Part shown: positions 47,518-56,024 of the stretch, in pieces
How positions within the stretch are numbered: position 1 is the first letter of the stretch
Layout of the letters: the number at the start of each line of letters is the position of its first letter
Translations under genes and position numbers: made by a program
From: Candidatus Enterousia sp.
GTDB lineage: Bacteria > Pseudomonadota > Alphaproteobacteria > Rs-D84
Length of the DNA stretch: 64,000 nt
Reading direction: 5' to 3'
NCBI GenBank assembly: GCA_045613785.1
Contig: JAZLBQ010000007.1
Span: forward strand, 32,001-96,000
Notes under the pieces: generated by a model
The model's database searches: none
Told to the model about the DNA's origin: nothing
The model's input: the letters and a program-made list of their open reading frames with translations, nothing else

Positions 47518-48030
47518 ATGGCACGCAGCATCAGATTCCGCCGTGGAACGGCAGTTCAGCATGAAACATTTACCGGTGCCCAGGGGGAAATCACAGTTGA
47601 CACGACAAACAACACCCTACGGGTTCACGATGGTTTAACGCTTGGTGGCACCATCTTGGCGAAACGCAGTGAAATTCCAGATTTTTCTGGGGTTGACTAC
47701 GTTATTGCCTGGCAAAACCCCAGCCCAGAAAACAATTACACCTGGTATCGGAAATATAAATCTGGTTGGGTTGAACAGGGGGGCAGTGATTTTACCCCCA
47801 GAACCATAAATGCAGGCACGGGAACAGCCTGGTATGTCCCAATGCCGGTCCCGATGAGTGATACAAAATACAACATTCAAATATCATTTGACAACGGGAA
47901 CTTGGTCCCTGCTGTGAATAATAACAATCTGACAACCACAACCCAGGTTTATTTGGGCTGTAAAAACCAGGGCAGTGCAAATGTCACCAGCCAGGTTCAA
48001 TATTGGTATGTCTGCGGAATATCTGCATAA
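47518..48030 (+). CDS. Short tail-fibre-like protein (Mtd N-terminal motif plus WYRKY.SGWVEQGG domain)
   Basis: IRFRRGT..H..FTGAQGEITVDT....LRVHDG...GG. Confidence 0.8.
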   Translation: MARSIRFRRGTAVQHETFTGAQGEITVDTTNNTLRVHDGLTLGGTILAKRSEIPDFSGVDYVIAWQNPSPENNYTWYRKYKSGWVEQGGSDFTPRTINAGTGTAWYVPMPVPMSDTKYNIQISFDNGNLVPAVNNNNLTTTTQVYLGCKNQGSANVTSQVQYWYVCGISA

Positions 48031-48055
48031 CAAACAAAACCGGGGAAACCCGGTT

Positions 48056-49642
48056 TTACTTTAATTTTATACCTGTCCATTCCGTAACATTTTTAATTTG
48101 TTCGTCATTTTTGCTTTCTGCGACGTTTGTTGCGGCTAATGTCATCTCGTTAGTCAAACGCAATTCACGTGCAGGATTTACATAAACACACTTGAAATCA
48201 GACGGCACAACATTTATCAACGTCTGGTTTTTAACAGCCATTGCCCAGAACCAAACATCGTCCGCCAACGGTGCCAACTTTTGAAACATTGGCTGATTTA
48301 AGACGTCTTTATCCAATACGTGTGGCGGATACAAAACACCGCCAACCCCGGTCAAGAAGTTCAGATAAGACGGTGTTTTATTTTTCGTCTGATGTTCCCA
48401 CTTGTTATACGGGCGCAAATTCCCACGTTTATCAAACAATATTTTATGCGCACGCAGGCAATGAATCTGATTTGGTGTTTTCAGGTATGCATTGTATAAT
48501 TTTTCAACCAACCAATCAGGATAATAAATATCGTCATCAACGGTTATTATTATATCATTTGGAAATTCCTTTAATGACGGCACCAGTTTTGTATAAGACC
48601 GAATATCATCACACCATTTGATTGTTAAACCCTTGTCCAGAAACTGCAATACAGATTCCGGTAAATCTGCTTCTTTGTTTGGGAATTTATCCGCACCCAA
48701 CCACAAAACAATCATATCGGGTTTTAATGTCTGGGTCAGCAAAGAATACAATGTAAAATGAATATCAGACATCCGTTGTGGAAATGACGTCAACGACATA
48801 ATAATCCGTGGATTGCGTCCTGAATTTTTATCAATGCCAACATCGTTAAAATTTTTAATCTGTTCGTCAATCGCATTGCGGTCAATGTGCGGAATTGAAT
48901 CAATCTGTGATTGCCGCCAATTTGCCAACGTCCATGGATTAGAACGGTCCCACGTAATTCCACGTTTTACAATTTGTCCCGGGTTGCCGGCAATAACAAC
49001 ATTTGTTTCCACATAGTTCCGATAGCAAACAGCCCCACCTGAAACGATTGAATTATCGTGAATGTTTGCACGCTTGGTTATTCTGACGCCTTCGCCCACC
49101 CAAACATGATTACCAATAACAACAGGACCAGTTGGTGTATTCAAAATTTCCAATGTTTTCACATCCAGCACCGAATGACCATCCGATGCCCATATGTTAA
49201 TCGAATTTGAAAACATACAATCGTTTCCAATTATGCAACCACTGCGTTCTGGCAGTTTTATTGTTGTTCCATAAAATGTTGAACCTCGTCCAATTTTACA
49301 AATCTGTCCATCACCACAACGAATGTCGATATTTACATTATAAAACTTTGGCGAAGAACCGATTTCAACCAACGCATTATCATTTTCAATCGTGATTGCT
49401 GAATTTGTTGCCACGATTGGCAATTCCAGTTTAACTGTATTGTTATTACCACGGATTTTGATTTTCAAACCGTTTATGGTTTCGTTTTTACGCATTGGCC
49501 GTTCAACACCATTTTCAACAATGATAATCCGGTTGTTTTGACCAACGTTTTTCTGTGTCTTGCGATAACTGATAATCTTAACCCCTAACAAATAAATATG
49601 TCGGCGGCCATTTGGGTATCTGACTTTTTTGAAAATCTTCAT
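48056..49642 (-). CDS. Fusion of a hexapeptide acetyltransferase and a GT-A glycosyltransferase
   Basis: SDGH, IGNHVWVGE, AGNP; then SLTSFPQR, SYTKLVP, TVDDDIYY, GVGGVLYPP, DDVWF. Confidence 0.85.
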   Translation of the reverse strand: MKIFKKVRYPNGRRHIYLLGVKIISYRKTQKNVGQNNRIIIVENGVERPMRKNETINGLKIKIRGNNNTVKLELPIVATNSAITIENDNALVEIGSSPKFYNVNIDIRCGDGQICKIGRGSTFYGTTIKLPERSGCIIGNDCMFSNSINIWASDGHSVLDVKTLEILNTPTGPVVIGNHVWVGEGVRITKRANIHDNSIVSGGAVCYRNYVETNVVIAGNPGQIVKRGITWDRSNPWTLANWRQSQIDSIPHIDRNAIDEQIKNFNDVGIDKNSGRNPRIIMSLTSFPQRMSDIHFTLYSLLTQTLKPDMIVLWLGADKFPNKEADLPESVLQFLDKGLTIKWCDDIRSYTKLVPSLKEFPNDIIITVDDDIYYPDWLVEKLYNAYLKTPNQIHCLRAHKILFDKRGNLRPYNKWEHQTKNKTPSYLNFLTGVGGVLYPPHVLDKDVLNQPMFQKLAPLADDVWFWAMAVKNQTLINVVPSDFKCVYVNPARELRLTNEMTLAATNVAESKNDEQIKNVTEWTGIKLK

Positions 49643-49656
49643 TTTGTATCCTTTGT

Positions 49657-50439
49657 TTATGCAATATTGCTCGGTTCTCCATATTGTTTAATATATTGTT
49701 CATATTTTTCTTTATATGCAGCTTCTTCTGGTCTAAAACTGTGCCACGAACCAACCCAATACACATTTTTGCGTTTTACTTGTGCAGGATTGCCTGCAAT
49801 CATTACATTATTGCCCGGCATTTCCTTTGTAACGACGGCTTTTGTTGCAACTATACAGTCGTTACCAATTTTTGCTTTTTTAAGAATTGTTGCCCCTGCA
49901 CCAATCCATACGTGGTCGCCAATGATTAAATCGTGTGGGGTGTCAACATATTCGTGTGTTTCTGAATCAAAAACCAAATGTGGAATTTCGCCCAGTCTGA
50001 ACAAAATATCCTTGGACATCAGACAGCGTTTACCAACGTGCAGTTTGCAATGATGTTGTTCAACCAAGATTTCTATAGCTACTATACATGCCCCTTCATC
50101 AATAAATATTTCAGAATTACTTATTTCTATATGGTTTCCAATATTGATGTGAACTGACTGGATTTCGCTTGATGGCATAATATGGATTTTATTATTGTTT
50201 CCACGGATATGAATATTCAGTTTTCCTCCACGCACAGATTTTCCAACAGTTATTTTATTATTATTTCCATAAATTGCGACACGGGCACGAATGGTTTCGT
50301 TATCAATATCGATTTGATTGTTTACTCCGGCATTAAGGATAATATTTTTTTGCTTTTTGCGATAAGAAAAAACCTTTATTCCTAAAAAGTAGATATGTCT
50401 GCGACCATTTTTGAAACGCACTTTTTTGAAAATTTTCAT
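49657..50439 (-). CDS. Hexapeptide-repeat O-acetyltransferase
   Basis: IGDHVWIGAGATILK, IAGNPA. Confidence 0.88.
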   Translation of the reverse strand: MKIFKKVRFKNGRRHIYFLGIKVFSYRKKQKNIILNAGVNNQIDIDNETIRARVAIYGNNNKITVGKSVRGGKLNIHIRGNNNKIHIMPSSEIQSVHINIGNHIEISNSEIFIDEGACIVAIEILVEQHHCKLHVGKRCLMSKDILFRLGEIPHLVFDSETHEYVDTPHDLIIGDHVWIGAGATILKKAKIGNDCIVATKAVVTKEMPGNNVMIAGNPAQVKRKNVYWVGSWHSFRPEEAAYKEKYEQYIKQYGEPSNIA

Positions 50440-50478
50440 TTTTTCTTCCTTTGCTTTACATGCTTACGCATAAAGCGT

Positions 50479-51240
50479 TCATGATTTTTGTGTCGGGATA
50501 AAGTGTGAAAATATTCGTTCCAACCAAAATTGTAGTTTCTTTCCTGTGGACACTTTATCCTGGTTATGTGCAGTGATATATTTAAATTCCAGGTCACCAT
50601 TCGCCCTGTGTTCGCCAGGTGTTGGATACAGTGGCACAGTTTCAATTCCAAATTTCCACGCACAATAGTTGTATGATAATTGGTCTCTCTTTGAATGTTT
50701 TTCAACAAAATACCACCACAGTTCCAATAAATGCTTTATTTTGTTATGCTGTCTGAACATAACATTTGTTTCTGCCAGTCCCTTATTTGATGGATAACCA
50801 TCACGTTGTAGAATTCGCATTTGCGTGTCAACGACATTGTCGATATCAATTTTGAGCTTTTTTATTATTTCTGCTTCGTCAAAGATACAGTTGCGTTGTG
50901 GATGCAATGGGATACTTATTAAAACATCATCTGCAATCAGTTTATTGACCTTGCTGAAAATATTAGAATTATTCACAGAAATATTCCCGTCCAGCCACAA
51001 ACTATATTCATATTCAGGAAACAGTATGTGTGCATTTATTTTGTGCCAGCGTGCATTTTTGACATTTGTTGATTTGTTATATGCCAACGGTCTGACATCC
51101 CAGTGTTCGTATTTTCCACGTTCAATCAGATCTTGATTGTCTGTAAACAATACATAGTCCCAATTTGGATTTACATATTTATGTACCGGCACATTATCGT
51201 AACCGCCAGTAATACAAGTATAGCAAACTTTCTTGCCCAT
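50479..51240 (-). CDS. DUF616-type glycosyltransferase (C-terminus possibly frameshifted)
   Basis: YTCITGGYD, FTD, SLWLDGN, HPQRNCIFDEA, RDQLS. Confidence 0.85.
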   Translation of the reverse strand: MGKKVCYTCITGGYDNVPVHKYVNPNWDYVLFTDNQDLIERGKYEHWDVRPLAYNKSTNVKNARWHKINAHILFPEYEYSLWLDGNISVNNSNIFSKVNKLIADDVLISIPLHPQRNCIFDEAEIIKKLKIDIDNVVDTQMRILQRDGYPSNKGLAETNVMFRQHNKIKHLLELWWYFVEKHSKRDQLSYNYCAWKFGIETVPLYPTPGEHRANGDLEFKYITAHNQDKVSTGKKLQFWLERIFSHFIPTQKS

Positions 51241-51249
51241 CTCTCACAC

Positions 51250-52188
51250 CTATTTTGCGTGTTTTATGCGGTGAATAAATCCAACCGGCAGAAAACCAAA
51301 AAGTTCAACCCGATATTTTAATTCTGCTGCACCGCCAAATGTATCTGTCATACGGTATATTTTTATAATCTGTAATCCCAGGATACGCAATTGAAATATC
51401 GGCTTATATAATAATTTTTTTTCTGGTATCTTTGGCATACGTCCCAACCAATTTTGCAAGATTGGAAATAGTTTTTCGTCTTCGATATGTTGCAACAAGA
51501 ACGCTTTGTTCAACACTTTTTGTGCAATAGACTTCTTTACAAATGGACAACCTAAACGCAGTATCATCAACGGTTCGTGATACATTAAATGGTATGTTTC
51601 GTCCAAATATTTTTCTGTATCTAAGTATGCTGAAAATTTATAGCCACGTCGAACCGCCCGATTTGTTAATTGAAATTCATATTTTGCACAAATAACAGAT
51701 TTTCCTGCTTCTTTTTTTACACTGCAAATAAAATCGTTAAAAAATTCCGCTGTTGCAACGTGTTGACTTAACCCCACAAACCACGATTGCAGATGTTCAC
51801 AAATATTTTTTTCACGGTATGAAATCAACCCTGTTAAATCAACCCCACGTGATTCCAGGTCTTCTACAATGGGCTTCAAATCAAACAGTGGTCCCAACAC
51901 AGAATCATTGACCAGATAAACCCAATCATATTTTTCTAGTAATTTATTATCACGGGCCCAGATATACGCACGCTTATACGAACCAAAATCATATTCGCCG
52001 TGACGCACCGCATTTGCGTATAAAACATTTGGTATTTGCCTTACCTTTTCAATTTCGACATCGGTCGCATCATTGTCCATAACAAAGACAATATCCCCCA
52101 ATCCTGACAAATGATTTAAATAATACAACAAACTATCATCGATAATTGCATCTTTGTCATAACCTGCAAACAAAAATAAGCGTTTCAT
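51250..52188 (-). CDS. Rhamnan synthesis protein F (RgpF)-like
   Basis: FLFAGYD, YDFGSYKR, LVNDSVLGP, HLQSWF, PFVKK. Confidence 0.85.
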   Translation of the reverse strand: MKRLFLFAGYDKDAIIDDSLLYYLNHLSGLGDIVFVMDNDATDVEIEKVRQIPNVLYANAVRHGEYDFGSYKRAYIWARDNKLLEKYDWVYLVNDSVLGPLFDLKPIVEDLESRGVDLTGLISYREKNICEHLQSWFVGLSQHVATAEFFNDFICSVKKEAGKSVICAKYEFQLTNRAVRRGYKFSAYLDTEKYLDETYHLMYHEPLMILRLGCPFVKKSIAQKVLNKAFLLQHIEDEKLFPILQNWLGRMPKIPEKKLLYKPIFQLRILGLQIIKIYRMTDTFGGAAELKYRVELFGFLPVGFIHRIKHAK

Positions 52189-52301
52189 ACAATGCTCCTC
52201 ATAACTATAAAAACAAAAACATCATAAGAACAAAAGCCAATGATGTCAAGGTTGCTGTTTTTTGTTTTTATCCCTTCAGGTTTTGTGATATAATACTGGG
52301 T

Positions 52302-53264
52302 ATGAGAAAAAGAAACGGACTTATTTTTACACTATTATCAATGTTGGTGGCGACACCTGCATTTTCTGATTGGCAGTATCCTGGAACCTATGTCGGTGAT
52401 GGGTGGTATTCTGATGATGGAACACGGTTTGTTATATCTGCCCGTGGCGGTGCGTCATTTGGTATGGGTGGCGTGAAAAATGGGCTGGGGGCGGCATCAG
52501 TTGGTTACTATGTATTGCCTGATTCTGACCAGATTATTCCATGGGGGCAATGTGCCATAACAAACAGTTGTGATGACTTGACCTTTGCGGGTTATGCCGA
52601 AATGGGGCAGTTGCCAGCAGCCAAAGATTTTGATAGCTTTGCATTTGCGGCTGGTGCCAGTATTGGTTGGACAATTCCAAATCGTCCTCAGTGGCGTATT
52701 GAGGCGGGCTGGGATCATATTGCAGAAAGTGAATATAATTCATCGCCAATGTTTAAGGGTGAATTGGATTTAATTGGTGGCACACTGGGCAGGACATATA
52801 TCGAAAGTTTATCTGTAAATTCTGAGGTTTCAACCGATGTTATCAGCGTAATGGCTTTTTACGATTTTTTTGACGGTCTGCAAAAGCCCTCACGTCAGGT
52901 TATCCCATACATTGGTTTTGGTATTGGCTATGCCGACACGACGGCAATATTAAACCTGTATGACCCATATGGTGATATTTCTGCACAACAAGAATTTTCT
53001 CAATATGGCGAACCTGATGACTATGGTCTAACACAGTTTTATCGTTCTGAATATACAACTCCGAATGTTGCAGGTTTGTTATCATTGGGCTTGTCGTATG
53101 GAATAAATGAAACAATGTTCTTGGATTTTGGTGTTCGTGGGATATATTTGCCACGTGTAAAGTGGGAATTAGTCAACACAGAGCAAGACCGTCATCGTGA
53201 AGTATTCAGTGTTGATAACCTGATATATATAAATGCGATGATAGGATTGCGATTTGAATTTTAA
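52302..53264 (+). CDS. Outer membrane beta-barrel protein (opacity-like)
   Basis: Signal peptide; WRIEAG; IPYIGFGIG; C-terminal GLRFEF. Confidence 0.85.
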   Translation: MRKRNGLIFTLLSMLVATPAFSDWQYPGTYVGDGWYSDDGTRFVISARGGASFGMGGVKNGLGAASVGYYVLPDSDQIIPWGQCAITNSCDDLTFAGYAEMGQLPAAKDFDSFAFAAGASIGWTIPNRPQWRIEAGWDHIAESEYNSSPMFKGELDLIGGTLGRTYIESLSVNSEVSTDVISVMAFYDFFDGLQKPSRQVIPYIGFGIGYADTTAILNLYDPYGDISAQQEFSQYGEPDDYGLTQFYRSEYTTPNVAGLLSLGLSYGINETMFLDFGVRGIYLPRVKWELVNTEQDRHREVFSVDNLIYINAMIGLRFEF

Positions 53265-53369
53265 TCTCCGCCCCTTTGGGCGGATTTTTATTTAGTGAAT
53301 TTAATTTCATGGCAATTTTCCAAGATAAGATTAGGAAAAATAAAAACCTGCGATTGCAGGTTTAAATTA

Positions 53370-53447
53370 TGGGGCGGATAACCGGACTCGAACCGGCGAC
53401 ATTTGGTACCACAAACCAACGCTCTAACCAACTGAGCTATATCCGCC
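53370..53447 (-). tRNA. tRNA-His(GTG) with encoded G-1 and C73
   Basis: G-GCGGATA...TTGTGGT...GGTTCGAGTCCGG-TTATCCGC-C-CCA. Confidence 0.95.
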
Positions 53448-53475
53448 ATACTTTGGGTCAAAAGACCTATTTTTT

Positions 53476-53550
53476 TGGTGGAGCTGATCGGACTCGAACC
53501 GACGAGATGCGTGTTGCATGCCATCAAGTGTCCAACCCGTTCGCAACCCT
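53476..53550 (-). pseudogene. Degenerate full-length copy of tRNA-Ala(GGC)
   Basis: 3' 30 nt identical to the tRNA; anticodon loop retained; D-arm and variable region altered. Confidence 0.75.
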
Positions 53551-53557
53551 TTTGTTT

Positions 53558-53633
53558 TGGTGGAGCTGATCGGACTCGAACCGACGACCCCTTGCATGCC
53601 ATGCAAGTGCTCTACCAACTGAGCTACAACCCC
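53558..53633 (-). tRNA. tRNA-Ala(GGC)
   Basis: GGGGTTGTAGCTCAG...ATGGCAT...GGTTCGAGTCC...CAGCTCCACCA; G3:U70. Confidence 0.96.
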
Positions 53634-53713
53634 AATGCCGTCTTATTTTATATGTCTTGATGACAAAAGTCAAATCAAATTGCGACAAAATCGGAAAATA
53701 TTTTCGTGTCAGC

Positions 53714-53846
53714 AAAAATCCTTAAACTTTTGGGGCTTTTATTTGCTTGCAATAATGGTGCCTGTTTTTCCTGCCATTCGCACAGGCACCCCAGCGAACC
53801 AACAACCTGGACAATGAGGTCAAAAACCAGGCGGCAGAGGACTTTA
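53714..53846. ncRNA. Candidate structured RNA (possibly 6S-like)
   Basis: Ends pair (aaaatcct/aggacttt); stems ggtgcctgt/acaggcacc and cctgg/ccagg; GC-rich island in an AT-rich spacer. Confidence 0.4.
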
Positions 53847-53983
53847 CACTATAAATAAGACTTTGTTCCGGCTTGTCAAGGGGTAGGCAGTGCTTTTTTT
53901 ACAAAGATTCTTAAATTCATATTTATTCTTGCCAAATGTCAAATCAATTTGCTAATCTCTGATATGTCTTTAAGGAGTATTAT

Positions 53984-54544
53984 ATGGATTATCAAATATT
54001 AAAGGCCGAAGTTGAACAAAAAACGGCACAAACAATCGAAGTATTAAAAAATGAATATGCGGGGTTACGCACGGGGCGTGCATCTGTTCATTTGTTGGAC
54101 GCTATTCGTGTTCCTGTTTATGGTTCTGAAATGCCAATCAACCAGGTTGCAACAGTTTCGACACCTGACAATCAGACATTGTCTGTAACTGTTTGGGACA
54201 TTACAAATGCACCTGCAGTTGAAAAGGCGATTCGTGATTCTGGCTTGGGTTTGAATCCGATGACTGCTGGCGGTGTTATTCGTCTGAACATGCCACCATT
54301 GACCGAAGAACGTCGTCGTGAATTGACCAAGGTTGCTGGCAAATATGCCGAAGAAGCCAAGATTTCGATGCGTAATATCCGTCAGGACGCAATGAGTAAA
54401 ATCAAACGTGCCGTCACAGACAAGGAAATATCCGAAGACGATCAGCGTAAATACGAAGATGATATTCAAAAGGTATTTGACAAGCGTGGCACCGAAGTTG
54501 ATGCATTGGCTCGTGAAAAAGAATCCGACATTATGTCTGTCTAA
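53984..54544 (+). CDS. frr: Ribosome recycling factor
   Basis: LRTGRAS, SGLGLNP, PPLTEERRREL. Confidence 0.97.
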   Translation: MDYQILKAEVEQKTAQTIEVLKNEYAGLRTGRASVHLLDAIRVPVYGSEMPINQVATVSTPDNQTLSVTVWDITNAPAVEKAIRDSGLGLNPMTAGGVIRLNMPPLTEERRRELTKVAGKYAEEAKISMRNIRQDAMSKIKRAVTDKEISEDDQRKYEDDIQKVFDKRGTEVDALAREKESDIMSV

Positions 54545-54568
54545 TAATACAAAGAATCTGGAAAGAAT

Positions 54569-55348
54569 ATGTTTAGATTACTTAAAAAGAAAACTGCGAC
54601 TGTTGCACCTGTTTCTGCTGATGCACCCGTGCCACAGCATATCGCATTTATATGCGATGGCAATCGTCGCTGGGCGGAAATGCGTGGTTTGCCACCGCTA
54701 ATGGGGCACCAGGCAGGCATTGCAAATTTTGAAAACTTGGTTGATTGGTTTTTTGCGCGTGGTGTATCAACGATAACTTTTTTCTGTTTTTCAACGGAAA
54801 ATTGGAATCGTTCTCAGGACGAAGTTGATTTCTTGATGGATTTATTCCGCACAGAATTGAACAAGAATATGGAACACGCCCTGGAAAAGAATATTCGCTG
54901 TCGTGTTATTGGTTCTCGTGATCGCTTGCCTGCTGATTTGGCACGTCAGTGCGATGAACTAGAAGAACGCACAGCTGAAAACACAGGTGGCACGGTTGCT
55001 TTTGCGATAAACTATGGCGGTCAACAAGAAATAGTTGATGCAGTAAATGCTGCGATTGCATCTGGTCAGCCTGTAACAATGGAAACATTTGAAACCTATC
55101 TGGATACGGGGGATCTGTTGCCAATTGATTTGATGGTTCGCACCAGCAATGAAAACCGTATTTCTAACTTCTTGTTATGGAAATTGGCGTATGCAGAATT
55201 GTTGTTTGTTCCAGAACATTGGCCAGATATGGTCAAAGACGAAAACAAATGGCAATATGTTTTGAATGAATTTGCTAAACGTAATCGTCGCTTTGGTGGT
55301 GGTAAAAAGGCAGATTATTGTGGTAAAAATCAAGGTAAAGGGAAATAA
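54569..55348 (+). CDS. uppS: Undecaprenyl diphosphate synthase
   Basis: HIAFICDGNRRWA, FSTENWNR, NYGG, RTSNENRISNFLLW. Confidence 0.96.
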   Translation: MFRLLKKKTATVAPVSADAPVPQHIAFICDGNRRWAEMRGLPPLMGHQAGIANFENLVDWFFARGVSTITFFCFSTENWNRSQDEVDFLMDLFRTELNKNMEHALEKNIRCRVIGSRDRLPADLARQCDELEERTAENTGGTVAFAINYGGQQEIVDAVNAAIASGQPVTMETFETYLDTGDLLPIDLMVRTSNENRISNFLLWKLAYAELLFVPEHWPDMVKDENKWQYVLNEFAKRNRRFGGGKKADYCGKNQGKGK

Positions 55349-55349
55349 T

Positions 55350-55994
55350 ATGTCAAATACAAAGCAAAGAATTGTTGTTGCTGCTGCAATGGTTGCTGTT
55401 GCGGGGCTTGCGGCATTGGGTGAATATTTTGGTATTCATTTGGTTCGATTTTTAGGGATTGCAATTGTTGTTGCAATGATTGCAGAATATATTGTCCAGC
55501 TACGTCGTGCACCAAAGGATTTGCTAATTCAGAATCAATTGGTGTTTGCTGGCTTTGCATTACTGTTGTTGTTTATGTTGTTATCAGCAAACGCAGTATT
55601 TGCCCGTCCGTGGATTGTCTTGCTGCTGTTTATGATAATCTGTGGTGCTGATGTTGGTGCCTGGTTTTTTGGTCGTCTGATTGGCGGGGACAAGATGTGG
55701 GAACGTCTGTCGTCTGGCAAAACATGGTCAGGTCAGATTGCAGGAATTTTGTGCGGCACATTTGCGGCTGTAATGTATGGCTTGCTGGGTGCGGATACAT
55801 TTATGCCACAGTTGTTGTGGATTGGAATCGGTGTGTCATTGTTGTCGCAATACGGCGATTTAACTGCCAGTTGGATTAAACGCAAACTGGGCATCAAAGA
55901 CTTTGGTACAATTTTACCGGGGCACGGTGGTATCATCGACAGATTTGATGGCTGGATTTATGTTTTGCCAATTATCTGGTTTATTATGTTGTAA
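55350..55994 (+). CDS. cdsA: Phosphatidate cytidylyltransferase
   Basis: DVGAWFFG, KTWSG, GDLTASWIKR..GIKDFG..LPGHGGIIDRFD. Confidence 0.95.
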   Translation: MSNTKQRIVVAAAMVAVAGLAALGEYFGIHLVRFLGIAIVVAMIAEYIVQLRRAPKDLLIQNQLVFAGFALLLLFMLLSANAVFARPWIVLLLFMIICGADVGAWFFGRLIGGDKMWERLSSGKTWSGQIAGILCGTFAAVMYGLLGADTFMPQLLWIGIGVSLLSQYGDLTASWIKRKLGIKDFGTILPGHGGIIDRFDGWIYVLPIIWFIML

Positions 55995-56024
55995 TGGTTA
56001 TCTTATAAGGAAAAGGGGATTAGT

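Noticed and set aside
47518-48030. Diversity-generating retroelement suggested by the Mtd motif
   Set aside because: No reverse transcriptase and no TR/VR repeat pair seen in the window.
53476-53550. tmRNA acceptor piece
   Set aside because: The 3' end is identical to the adjacent tRNA-Ala and it keeps an anticodon loop; no tag ORF is evident.
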